Below, piece after piece: positions 24,822 to 37,300 of a DNA stretch of 64,000 nucleotides. The first letter of the stretch is position 1. Each line of letters opens with the position of its first letter. The DNA lies in the NCBI GenBank assembly GCA_036172245.1, contig JAYWIR010000037.1, positions 1,860,001 through 1,924,000 on the forward strand, in the 5' to 3' direction. The position numbers and the translations under genes were made by a program. This DNA is from Raillietiella orientalis. Lineage: Eukaryota. Below the pieces are notes generated by a model. That model saw only the letters and a list, made by a program, of their open reading frames with translations, did no database searches and was not told the origin of the DNA.

Positions 24822-27799
24822 GGGACGGCTTTGGGAATCATTTATACCGTACAGCAAACTTATTCAGGGTTAAATGGAGGAGAAGATCCACGTGTTTCCG
24901 GTGCCTGTAATGGAAAAATCACATTATAAAGAAAGGGTTCACTTTTCCGATATTTCTTTTCTTTCTTTTATTAATTGAAATGAGCTGAAATGGATGGAAA
25001 ATGTTGTCGCATAAATTACGATGCCTTGTAAGCAGAGATATGAATTTTACAATCACTGGTAAGTGACTGTTTTAGAATTGTTCCTTTGCTGCATTCCATC
25101 TGAATAAAAGTAAGGAGAGACTTGGCAGCCTCGAGCTGCAGCTCACCTACTGGTAGCTGATGCGTGAGCCTGAGTCTATTCCAAAGACCAACTCTGGGAA
25201 TGAGATGAGGAGTGATGCACAGTTCAGCGTGAAGACTTTCTTAGAAAATGCCTCCATCCCCCCGCATTAATTCCCATTTCTTATTTCTTTCCTTTTGATA
25301 ATGTCTACACATTCGAATTGGAAACCATAAACTGACAGCACCATCAGCAAAAATTTGTTTCATCGGCTTATCAAAGCAATAAGAGACTTTCAAAGTGTGG
25401 TCTTCATTACAAATTTTCACAGATCGCTTTGTAACTCTTCAAATTCACAAGTATCTACAATAGCATGAGAAATGCTAAATTTAGAATGCACATCAATCTA
25501 AATCATTTCAAAAGACAAGGGATGGAGAGCAATAACCTGTATATATAACTTATCTCAGCAATGAACAGTTTCCTAGCAAAAATAAAATTTTATTACCCTA
25601 CTACCTGTCATTTTCACCTAAATTCCTTGTTCATTTTCACCTTGTCATCACCTTTGCTTTATTACCGGAAATAACATGAAAAATGAAATTCTCAGATCTA
25701 ATTTTCATGACTCTGAAATTCGTGGACAGCAAGTCAGTAATAACAGAGCTTAATGATTTTTATTGTTCATTCCTAATAAAACTTGACAATAATGGTATTA
25801 TTAATACCATGGTGTAATAGTGTCGACTGTATGCAAGAATAAGAAAAAAGGATTTTCATTTTATACAGAATTGCATATTGCTGTTTTTTTTTATACCTTA
25901 CCACTAGGATGCATTGAGCTGATAAAGAGTATGTTGATCAGATCTGTAAGAAAAAAAAAAAAAAAAAAAAGGAAAATAATAGAAGGAACCATTTAAATGA
26001 TAACTCCAAAAACTACAGATGATATATTCCAAAAACGAATGCACCGTGATCTCGACTGTTCTTCTATTTTTCATAGCATCCATTAAAAAAGTAAATAAAT
26101 AAATTTGTATGTGAATGCTTTTCTTTTCCACGGTACCAATAATTAAAGGCCATGGTCTTGCATACATGAATATTCAACAGAGTTTTCTGTAAAGGCTTGT
26201 TCAAATGAAATAGAAGGGAAGAGACAGTTGGAATTTTCATTTGTAAGAAGAATGTCGGCAACCCCAGTATTCATACGCATCTTTCAGTACATAGGAAAAT
26301 ATTTTGTTATTCCGCGATGAGGTGAGCAGCCTGACATCTTAGAAAATGACATACAGAGAGACACGAAAAATGGAAGCATAAGTGCGAAAACTGTAATTTT
26401 CAAGAGGTCAGTTATCAATAATAATAAACTTGGTTGGCATTTTCAGAAAATTTCTGCAAACTCGAGTTCTTAAGTTTGAAGTGTTTCTTCGTTCCCTTTT
26501 TCTGGGCACTACACACTAATCGGCAATGATCTGTCAGGTGGTAAAAGAACTGGAGCTTCAAAGGTTGATGATGCTCAATGACGTTGGGAAGGATTCGGAG
26601 GAACACGGGGAAAAAGCCGAATCTGTGATACGTTATGGAAGAATGGTCTGGTGTGAAATTTATTGTCAAGAGAATGGACAAGCTGCAACTTGACTGTAGT
26701 ATTGGACATCAGGAAACTGGGTGGAGAATTTTTCGACAAACGTGCAAGACGTCGTAAATGTGTGTTAGAATGCATTGTGTTTCGAAATCCATACTGCGAA
26801 TTGCAGTTGGTGACTATATCTCAAATAATAACTTGTCAGGAGGGTCTTAAGAGAGCCTAACAGCTTCAAGGGAAAGTTCGAATGTCTATAAGAAAGTATT
26901 TACATATGGTACTATATGGATGGTATGGGATGGTTAAATCCTTCCTGATTCTCTGGAGAAAAGAAGCTAAAACAAGGAACCGATCGAGAGGATTCATCAC
27001 GCAGAGTGCTTACCACGAAGGTACTCTGAAGCAATCGGCTCCATACCATGTTAGCTTTCAAATTAGATCTCCACAGTGTGAGGCATGCCCTCCACACCAC
27101 TAGCAACGCTTGCTCCAGAATAAACAGGTGCCATTAAAACAAACTTCCCCAGAACAAACATTTAACTTTCAGTTCATTAAATTTTCTCACTGTGCTTTCT
27201 GTTCAATTCTCCAAGTATTAATTTATTTATTTTTCGAATTCTCGTTGAAAAACTTCACACCGTCCAGTTCCTTTTTCTTTTCTTCTTTTTAATCTGCATT
27301 ATTTGGAACTTGTAAAGACTTGTAATTCACTGTGCTGTCGTTTTTACATATGTTTTGTAAATTAAGAAATCAGACACTTAGATTTCCGAAGATTGTAGAA
27401 AGAATTTTTCCTCTACGGCCCCCAGCAAACCGCTGACATGTTTAATGCATGAGAAAGATACGAGGCACTCGAAATTTCATAACCAGCTGGTACTTGGTGG
27501 TTCTCTCGGCGCTGCTGCTGTGTTCGCTGACGTATGATCTGTTTGACAAAAACGATCTGTTTATCCACTTTTTCCAAGAAGAAAGGAGATTTTTCCAAGA
27601 GCGATCCGAGCTAACGCTTATGTCACTTCACGAAAGGCAGGGAGGGTTCCTCTTTGCGACCACCTCGCTCCGCCACTGAAGATAGCTTGCATCCAATGCT
27701 ACGGACAATCTGGGTCCGATTTACAGCATCCTCCCCTCCGCAAAGCTGCGAAAACCTTACGAGATCCTCGCCACCGGAGCCGCTTGCTCCACGCCTTTG

Positions 27800-28020
27800 C
27801 CCCTTTCCCTGATGTGCCACCACCTCGTTTCAGCTCTAACCGTGGAACCGAAAAGTCAAAAGAGTCGGATCCAGTGGCTGCACACATTTCAGGGCTCCAT
27901 CTCGGAGTGGATGATGGGGTTCGTGAGAAGACAGCATGCGCACAGGCCAATGTGTTCTTACTTAGCGGAAAGTTTCCTTTAGACTTTGGCAAGAGTGCGT
28001 CAAAGCGCCAAGAACAAAGA
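27800..28020 (+). mobile_element. Possible pogo/Tc5-like transposase (CENP-B-type HTH) remnant
   Basis: TFQGSISEWMMGFVRRQ, then after a frameshift SGKFPLDF, resembles FKAS.GW...F.RR...QKLP.DF. Confidence 0.3.
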
Positions 28021-28259
28021 TAATGATTTGGGGGACCTTTGTAAGTATCATTGGAAGTCTTAATTTGATAACCTCCTGGTCCCATCGCAATTGAATCAAT
28101 CGAACTCGACAAGTATAGATTTTTCGAGGTGTTTTGAAACTGTTTGATGTGTACTGATGTGTACGGAAATTGGCAATGACATTGAACGTGCGTACTTCGT
28201 ATCGACAACATTTCTGAAGACGAAATTTCGTTCCGTTTGTTCGGAATCATACAAATACG

Positions 28260-28341
28260 ATGGAGTATTTCATAATGGGAATGATTCTGTTGCTCAGTCT
28301 AAGAGGAAGAATTCAGAGTTTACCTGATAAAGTGCAAATAG
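28260..28341 (+). CDS. iGluR exon 1 (signal peptide)
   Basis: ATG, hydrophobic core FIMGMILLLSL, likely cleavage IQS|LP, then LPDKVQI and a perfect G|GTAAGT phase-1 donor that matches the next exon. Confidence 0.75.
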
Positions 28342-31300
28342 GTAAGTAGGCGTCTATTTGCTTTCACAGCTTGGATGGAAAGGCAGTGAATTCCTTTCTT
28401 GCTTTCATGTGTCTGTCGCAAAATAAGATGTGTGTGCTTCTGTGCTTTTTTCGTTGGTTTCGAAGTGTGCGATATTTTTTGATTCCCGCAATCGGATTTG
28501 TGAATTTTGATTGCGAATTGTGGCACTCGATCAATCTTCAGCCTTGCTTTCGAAGATGCTTGAATGACGGCCTTCCCATCTGGGTGAGATCTCGTAAAAG
28601 AGAGATTTTTCTGGAGATAACGGGGATAGTATAATCGGAACACAAAGCTTCCTACAAATGATTGGGGGTGCACAAACAGAATGAGATCTATGCATATTGC
28701 CTAGGGCAGCGTTTCCCACGGAACACTTCACCAATCCTGAAATTTTAACGGAATACCTTGGCTATTTTATAGGGTAGGTAGGCGTTCATGGTAAATAAAT
28801 TGAGCAAGTAAATATAAGAGTTGAGAAAACGGAACGAACTTCTCGAATTTTGATTATGTAAAATTTTTCATGATTTTTCACCGAACACTTATTGACTTTC
28901 CGCGCGACACTGGTGGTGTTCCGCAGAGCATGGGTTGGGAAACTCTGGTTCAGAAGACTTCTGGTTCTTTCACTCGAACGGACCGGGGACAAAGGTTTTA
29001 GCAATTTTCTATTCCGATGGGAATGCTGGCGAGTTTAGAGAAGAAGGAAAACAGAACACACGCACATACACAGATTGATTGCATTTGCAATGCATCCAAT
29101 TATCTCTAGAGGTGAGATTATGCCACGGCTATTTGATGAAAGGAGAAGAGCTGGGAGGGAAGGAACATTCTAGGAAAATACGCATAGATTCGGCAAACTC
29201 AAAGTGTTCTTCTTGGAATTCCAGGAAATATCTCTCTGTTCGCACTGTCGAAGCTGATCTGATGCTGTGGCAAATCGTTTTGAAAAATGAGGAAGGGGGG
29301 GGGGGGGGAAGTTATTTTAGTTTTTTTGGTTTATTTACTCTTTTTTTTTTCTTTTATGAGACCAGTTGTTACAACTTGGGCTTCACGTTATTGAGAGATG
29401 CAGACATTTTCTTTGATTGAAGACTTTGACATGTTGAAATGAAGTTTGGTTTCTTTTGATTCCGAGTTCAAAATAGGCGATGTGAGCGTTTGGAATGTTT
29501 CGTGAAAGACGTTGTTTCCATGGAGGGGAGTTGCAACTGGAAAAATTGAAACGGCGGAGTAGGTCTGCAAGTTCATTAATCGCTCGCATTAGCGTGGAAG
29601 ACTCCGAGATAATGCTAACGAAAGAGGATGAATTTTCGGAAAAGATGCAACGTAGAAAAATCCAAATTCCTTGGTTTTGTCGAATTTCATATGGCAGATG
29701 GATAAGATGTGTTTGATGTGTTCGGGATGAAAATGATAACGGATGGACTAGTAATTCATCAGTAGCAGTTCAGAAGGATCAGCTTGTTTCGTCTAGTTGA
29801 AACTCTCCAATGTCTTCAATGACTCTCCAATGACTCCAATGACTCTAAATTATTTTATAATAATTTAGACCATTTCAACATTTAAAATGCAAAGCGTTTC
29901 CACGCTCTGCAACGTGACAGCTTCCTGAAATCTGATTCATTTACGTGCTGAGACTTCCGGAGGAGCAGAGCAATGCATACTTTTCATCAAATTCGTCAGT
30001 AAACTGCAATATATGGAAACTTATGGAAAAGGAGCCTGATTTGGATTTAAGCGGTGTCCTTAACAACGTTCTGCAGGATTCTATAATGAAATTTTAGCTC
30101 GATGGTTGCTCTTGCTGTATCTTGACCTTGAACTCCTTGCAACAACTCTGTACCGGAAACCAGCAACTGATTGAAAATCATCTTTTCTTTCGTGCAGCTT
30201 GTCAACGCGAGATTCCTCAGTGGGTTGGGGCACGTCGCTTACTACTGCGACCAACGTTGGTGTTAATTCTCGATAGGTTACACTGTCGACCCAGGTTGCT
30301 CTTAGCCCAGATGCAAGGATTCTGCGGGAAATTCTCATAAAATTAGAATCGTACGAAGAGAGAGTTGCATGTCTCCTGGAGCGAAGAGGGGATTGCGAAA
30401 GGTTCCCAAAGCATCTCTCGCCGTGAATAACAATCAACGATCAAAGCAAAGCTGAAGCAGTTATCGGTGTCCCAAATCTTTGGAAGATCGATGAGGCAGA
30501 TAAGGGATTTGTAAAAACAAAGAACTCATTCTGCTTGAGGTCAGGAGAATTACTGATAAACTATGAATCAGATACTCAATTTACGCACGAGTTATTGACA
30601 TCTGAAGAAATTCGACGAAAAATGCAAAAGACTTTGCTCATCACTTTTCGGCTTCCAATCCCTGGTACTTTGGAACCGAACTTACATTCGAATTATCTAA
30701 CAAAATAAACAAAGTATTTCCTAGAAAATGAACCAGATTTTGATCCCAGGAACCCGACCATGCTCGAAAGTCCTGTTTATTCAGACGTGGAGGGTGGTTC
30801 CTCCCGACACTGGCATCAGAGAAAGCCTCATGTTTTCGCCACCATCACTCAGTCTGCCCTTCCGAATCAGCCATTTTCTCGCTATTTTCTGTTCCTACGC
30901 TAGGATCTCATAGAGGGCCTCATATAGGGAAAACTTGGAACAGAGCGAGCTGGACTGCATGTGCTAATTGTTTAATTGCATGCGCAATTTCGGTGGTTGA
31001 TTAAGAATTCATTATCTTCGACAAAGTTTATCTAGCGATAGTAGCGACAAGCTGGTTCCACCGAACCAAGGCTCCAACTTCGTGGCACATGGAAACCATT
31101 AGAGATGCTTGTCGTAACGAGTGCCCTTCCGGATTCCACAAGGTGGAAGTGGTCAGTTGCATTTGAGATGGATAGACATCAGTGCGCTTTCTGAAAGAGA
31201 AATAAGGAGCGCGCTTTTTGCAAAGCAAAGCGTCCCTCGTACTCCTTGGTAGAGACTTCTGCATTGAATTCATTCCCATAGCACGGGAACTTCAGAGTTA

Positions 31301-34300
31301 GAATCAGAGGAAGTTCATTGTCTATTTGTAGGAGCACTTCTACCTGGTCAAGCTCCGTTCCAGCTGTAATAAGAGCTCTAGGGGCAGGTCCTGTCTGATT
31401 CACTGTATCTCAACTTTTCATGATCCTCCGATGTGGTTTCGTTTCTTGAGGGGAATTTTCGACTCTGAAGTCGGCATGAGGATGATTTGGTCATTCAAAT
31501 TAAATTCCAATCCTTACTGATCTAACTAGAGCTGCGCTAAACAACAGGAATAAAGCAGTGACCTTTTAGAACAATGTTTTCTTCTCTTTTGTTTAACGAA
31601 TTCTCCCTCTCTCTATACCTCTAAAAATTTCTCATTGAACTGAAGACATCTCTTCGCACTCCTAGCCTGAGCATCCCTTGTTGAGGAGAGTCCTTTGGAG
31701 TTTAAACTAAATAGCACTTACAGATTACAGCTCTTACAGTGAAGCACACAGAAACTAACACCTCGATTCCCTTTCTGAACAGTCGAGCTCCTTCACGGGA
31801 CATCCAAACGCCTTCTATTTATGTGGCAGTGTGCAACGTCTTCCTGATGATCTGCTGCACTCCTTGAAGCTAACGGACCGCCATGGAGGACAAAAAAGAA
31901 GACATGACTTTTTGCTTCGTTTCAAGATAGAAGACGCCAAAATTAATTTATGGTCCCAAGATAAAACCAGAGGAACGCGCATGTCGATGCTGTCGGACGG
32001 AAAACGAAACGTCGCCTCATATATTAAACCGCTCTAGGAGTAACTTTTATCTATCCACTGCACGACATAAAGCGATCCAATATGGATGGCTTTATGGCCG
32101 CGGTGGATGAGGCCAAGTAGATACTAGTGTCCACGAACCAGAGAGCTCCAGGAACGAATTCCTTCCTGCGACCAGATCCGCTACTGGAGAAAAGAAATTG
32201 AATGATAGTGCTGGATATCTGCTGCCCAATCGAGGATGGGAAAGAGGCGTTCAGCACAGCTAGGAAGAACAAACTGGAAAAGGACAAGGAATTTGCTCTC
32301 CAGTTAGTCAGAGAGGAGAAACAATACAAGGTGCATGTTTCCATCGTTGGCTCACTGGGGGCCTGGAACCCAGGTAACGAAGAAGTGCTGAAGGATCTTG
32401 GGATTCCAGAAAAGCACTCGGAGATGACGAGGCACTGGATGGTGACTTCGTGCATCCAGTATTCCAGAGACATCTACGCAGTCCACGTCACACGAAGGAC
32501 CGACAAACAACACAGCTAGAGAACCCCAGCGGTCAGCCCTCGCGAGACGGAGGACAAGAAGCGGAGGAAGCAACAGGCTGAAGGGCGACGAGCGCCCCGG
32601 ATGGACAGATGAGGGATACCGGAAGAAATTTCAAGAGCCCCCCTGTAACGCGATGTTAAATTGTAAATTCGAGCAATAGAAATTCTTATAGAGTCCCTGA
32701 GTCACTTAGTAACTGAGTTATCAAGATAACTCATCAGGTGTTATTGACGCAGGCTTCATCGTTAGATCTGATCATCACATTCTTTGGATGGTGCACTTTT
32801 CTGGGTCCCACTGATTATGTTCTTCGGCAACAAACTCAAAGACTAGAGATTTAAGAATACACAAAAAATCACTCAATCCATTTCACCATCACAGTTTGGG
32901 ATTTGGGATTTTAAATGAGTTTTCCTGCTTTTCCTTTCGGTGATACGTAGATCCTTCTGCTACATCTCCTGAGCTTTCAGATGGATTTCTTTGCGCTGCT
33001 TATCATCGGAGCAGCCGTGTCATCTGTTTTGAAGTAACGCTTTCCGATCTTCTCTGCTCTGTCAGACAACATTACAAAGCCGCGAAAAGCGTTACTGCTA
33101 GAGGTATTTCCAGTCATTCGTGACAAGGCATGAAGTCACCAATCTCGCATCCTCGGTGTTTGGTTTTGGAAACAACTGGCTGTTGCTTCCTTCCTTCAGA
33201 AATATGGTGAAAGGGACAGCCTGGTAGCATTTCCTCGCAACAACAAGATCGAGGTCTGCTGTGGTTGGTTCTACTCTCTGGTCTGCTGCCAAAATTGGGA
33301 ACCCGTTTTTCGTTTTTGGGGTGGCGCAAAAATTTTTCCAGAGGCTCTCTGAGAACTGACGATCCAAACCCATTCACCCGCTCAGCTCCTGGATAGTTCT
33401 GCCAGAAGGAGAACACACCTGGTTCCAATTTCCACCTCATTTCCATCTAATTGATGGCTATTTGCTTTGCTACTGAAACGGCTCTTGGTAACTGATTCTC
33501 ATGGCAACCATACCAGTCCCAGTAATTGTCTCTCATTTTCGATACTTAACTCTAGTTCTAATTAGCATACTGTTTCAATAAATAACCTGCAGCCGAGTCA
33601 GGAGCCTCAGTAAATGCCTCTCATAGGGGACGAATCACAAAAGGCCCTCGAGGTGATTACGGCGGTTACCGAGTGTATGATCATTCAAGAGAAACCCCCA
33701 CTTTGTTTTCTTTTAGTCCTTTTAAATTTTATGTTGCTGTTTTTATCGTTCAGGGTGAGCTGATTTTCATAACGACGAGGTCTAATGAAGTAGCGATACG
33801 GGAGAACTGCTACTGGGAGAGTGGAAGGGAAACCCATACATTAGATAATTCTCTGCAGAAAAAAGAAGACACAAGGAAAGTTATTTTGCAAGAAGAGAGC
33901 TGTACAGGACTAGGGAGACCCAATGAATCAAAAAAAGAGCAAACAAATTCGCAGGATAATCGGACACAAAGAAGTAACAAAGTATTGAACAAAATAGCTG
34001 AAGCCATTAGCGACTAGCTGTGTAACTGTGGAAATCAAAATTACCACGGAATGTACAGAGTAAGCTCCTCCTATTCTACCATGGAGATTCCAGTACTCTG
34101 CAACAAACTGAAGCTTTGTCCCCAGGACTTGAAAGCTGAGTCTTCTGCTCTGCTTGCGGTAAAGGGGAAGATGAATATGGATGTCCCAGGAAAGGGAAAG
34201 GTGATGAAGGTACATTATCCAAAGAGCATGATTCCAAGGAGCAGGCGGCGTTTTCAAATACAACCCAGTGGCACAGACGTGCTTCACCTTCTTCATTAAG

Positions 34301-37300
34301 GCCGTCTGGATAAATTGTGAGAAAGCCAAATTACACCAGGTTATCTTGGTATGTGCTGGTACTGTTTGTAACTTCGGATTCACTAGAAGTTGGTCATGCA
34401 TCAGTGGACTCTCCTCTCAAATCGATTCCCGTAGTTTGGCTACTCCTGCCTTTTGATGGCTTTTCATTTAAGAAGTCTATAAGAACTCTGTCTTGAACCT
34501 CCATGTCTAAGTCTCCTTTTCTTTCGAAGAAATGTTCATTGCTCCGACAGCAAGGGTCTGCTTTTGTCATTCTCTCACAGAAGACCCAGCACGTTGGAAA
34601 CCGCGAATTTATTTCCGAAAACTCATGAGCTCCGACTCGTGCAGACCACTCCATCATGAAGCCATCTGCAGACTTGTTTCTCTCTGCCGCTGGCATACCT
34701 GGCACCCTCCAGGCACTCCGAAGTAGTGGGTTGGGCAAATCTGCGTCTTTCCCGATTCTCCGCATTGGACAGTCCGCAGGCGTTTCTTTTACTTAATTCA
34801 GTGAGCATGCTGGTGTCGAGTGCGGTGTAGTTGGGCTTCTTTGCGACTTGAATTTCACGTACATCGTATGGAAAGTTGTAGCGTTGCGGTCGAGCAAGGA
34901 TCTCGTGCATGGGGAGAGAAAGAGAAGTGTAGAAGGACTCCTTGTGCCCAGAAGGAAGAATGGGAAGGTTCCTTCGTTGAAGCCAGCTGCACGGCCGTGA
35001 AAAGTTGGAAAGAGACGATGGGAAAGTGGAAGTTCCCATCCAGACTCCGGTTCGCATTATCTCATGTCTACGAATCGCACCACTCCAATCGATAAAGCAC
35101 GCAGAAGTTCAGATGCTTACGTAAATCAGCAGTCAGCACTTTTTCATTAGTGACTCAATTTTGAAAACTGTGTGATCAAGCAGAGAGAGTGCTGCGCTTC
35201 CCGCCTGGGTCTGAAAATCCTCGACGATTCTATTCTTCCCAGGAGGAAAGTCTGGGAGCACGTAAATGTCGACTGGGAGTGAGAACTGAATCCTTTTTCC
35301 CACTGTATGGCATCCATCTCAGAGTACTGAGTTGAGGAAACGAAGAAATCAACACGGTCCATTCGAAATGCTCGTAGAGAATTTATACCAAAGTGTCAAC
35401 TTGCAACTGAGGAACACGCAAAATATGGCTAAGGGAGGTATATTTGAAATAGGACGTTTCCTATTTGTAAGGGGGACCTTCAGATGAATCATGACCTCTC
35501 CGAATATGTGTCTGGGGCAAAGGTGTTTTCCGTTCCCTACCGATGGGTGCTCAAGCTAAAGTGAATTCGAAAGCCGAATTATTACCTAAAAAAACGAGCG
35601 GTCAAGTTTAAAGGATAATGAAGTGTTTTTACACCTCTAATTGCATCCTTTGCGACAAAGCCTTATTATTAACTCATGGGATTAAGCATTATCACGAAAT
35701 GGGAAACTTCGTCTCTCGATTGGGAGAATGGGAGATTTGAACTCTCGTCATTTCAAGGCATTTATGGGACGTTGTGAAAGAGAACGTATCCCAAGTGTTA
35801 CTGTTTTTTTTTTGTCTTGGTATTCAACAGATGGTCTTCAGTTTTACAATTTAAATTCATCGACTTCAATTCAATTCAGTGGTATTCATTCTTTTTAGAA
35901 GAGTCTTGGTATCCAATCTTGCCACCGTACCAATGAGGCAAGGACCTCGAGTTCCAAAGACTGTTAAACGTGTGTCCAGTAGTCTCCTATCTGTAGTACC
36001 GCCCGACCTATCGTTTCTAGGAGTGTGAAAAGCTGAAGATGTTCTAAGATTGAGTTGCATTTTAGAGTAGCAGCGCTTTTTTACATATTTCAATGAAAAT
36101 TTCAAAAGCACTTTCATGCCCTTCTAAAACAGAACTTTTCTTTCCTCACGTCTTGACAGCATGTGACCCAAGAAATGACTTTCGGTTATGAGATTTTTGA
36201 AAGTATAGGCATCGCTAATCAATGACGGGGAGGAATCTTTTCATTACATCGTGAAAGCAAGATTGTGGAGTTTTGCTTGAATTACCTGATGACTCATATC
36301 CTACGGCGTTCATTCTTTCGAAACTAATGCATGTAACTGTAAAATATGACCGCTCAATTCATTTACAGATTCTTTTTTTTTTTTTCAGTTTTATTCCACT
36401 TTAGAAATCTTTTTTGTCTTCTGCTTTTTTGTACATTTTTTAATGCTCACAGTGCGTTTTGCTAACTGCGTTTATATATATTTCTGAACACTGTTTTTTT
36501 TTTTTTTTTTTGAATTTTTTGCTTCTTCGGAATGACAAATTTAGAAGTTGTTTATGTTAACTATCACTATATCGTGATCCTTAAGAAAGTGGAACTCCCT
36601 TACTGTGACTCGATTTTTTAAACTGTCCTTTAATTGAAATGATTGTGCATTTCTTCTTAAACGCATGAAAAGCTGGTCGCAAAGTTCATTTCTGTGAAAT
36701 CCGAGAGATGTGTGTCCACTCCAACGTCCGAAAGGATTCTTTTAGTGACTGCGGGGGTCTCCTGGAACCAAGTGCAGGTTTATTTTCCAAATAATATGAT
36801 AATAATCGCGAGGAATGCCGAAAGTTCGGTTTGGTCAAAAGATTTTAAAGTGCAGCATTCGAATAATCATCTCTTGTACAGGAATGTACTTGGGGTTGAT
36901 GAGTTTGGAAGGGTGAAATCACGCAAGAAAAGAATCTGATGATGAAACTGTCTTTTCGGAAAGTGGTTTGACTCTTCGTCCAACATGTGCTCAGGCTGGA
37001 GCCAGGAAATAGACCTTGCGATTGCATTCTTTTAACCATCTCAATGTCGAGCACCGAGGTACATAACTGCACATTCAAGGCAATGTATGATTTATGGAGT
37101 AGCAATTCGGAAGTTTGGCGGTAGAGCATTTCTACAGGTTACATTTAAAGATACGATGTCTTGCTGAAAACTTAGCTATGTGACGAGTATTTCGAATGGT
37201 ATCCAGGTAGACAAAAGATTGGGACCTTCCTTGGATTTGGTGTCCCTGACTAGGAAGAAACACGCCTTCCGAAGTTTTTCCCTTAACTAAGCAAACACAA

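Noticed and set aside
27449..27679. ORF with a hydrophobic stretch as a possible iGluR signal-peptide exon
   Set aside because: No suitable donor or LP..I motif; 28260-28341 fits much better.
32714..32740. Minus-strand CTGATGA followed by a hairpin, hammerhead-like
   Set aside because: The GAAA core after stem II is absent (TCAG instead). A similar candidate near 37488 lacks proper stems I and III.
34030..34300. Possible gypsy protease remnant (LCNKLKLCPQDLK...VKGKMNMDV)
   Set aside because: No intact DTG/DSG motif; similarity too weak to call.
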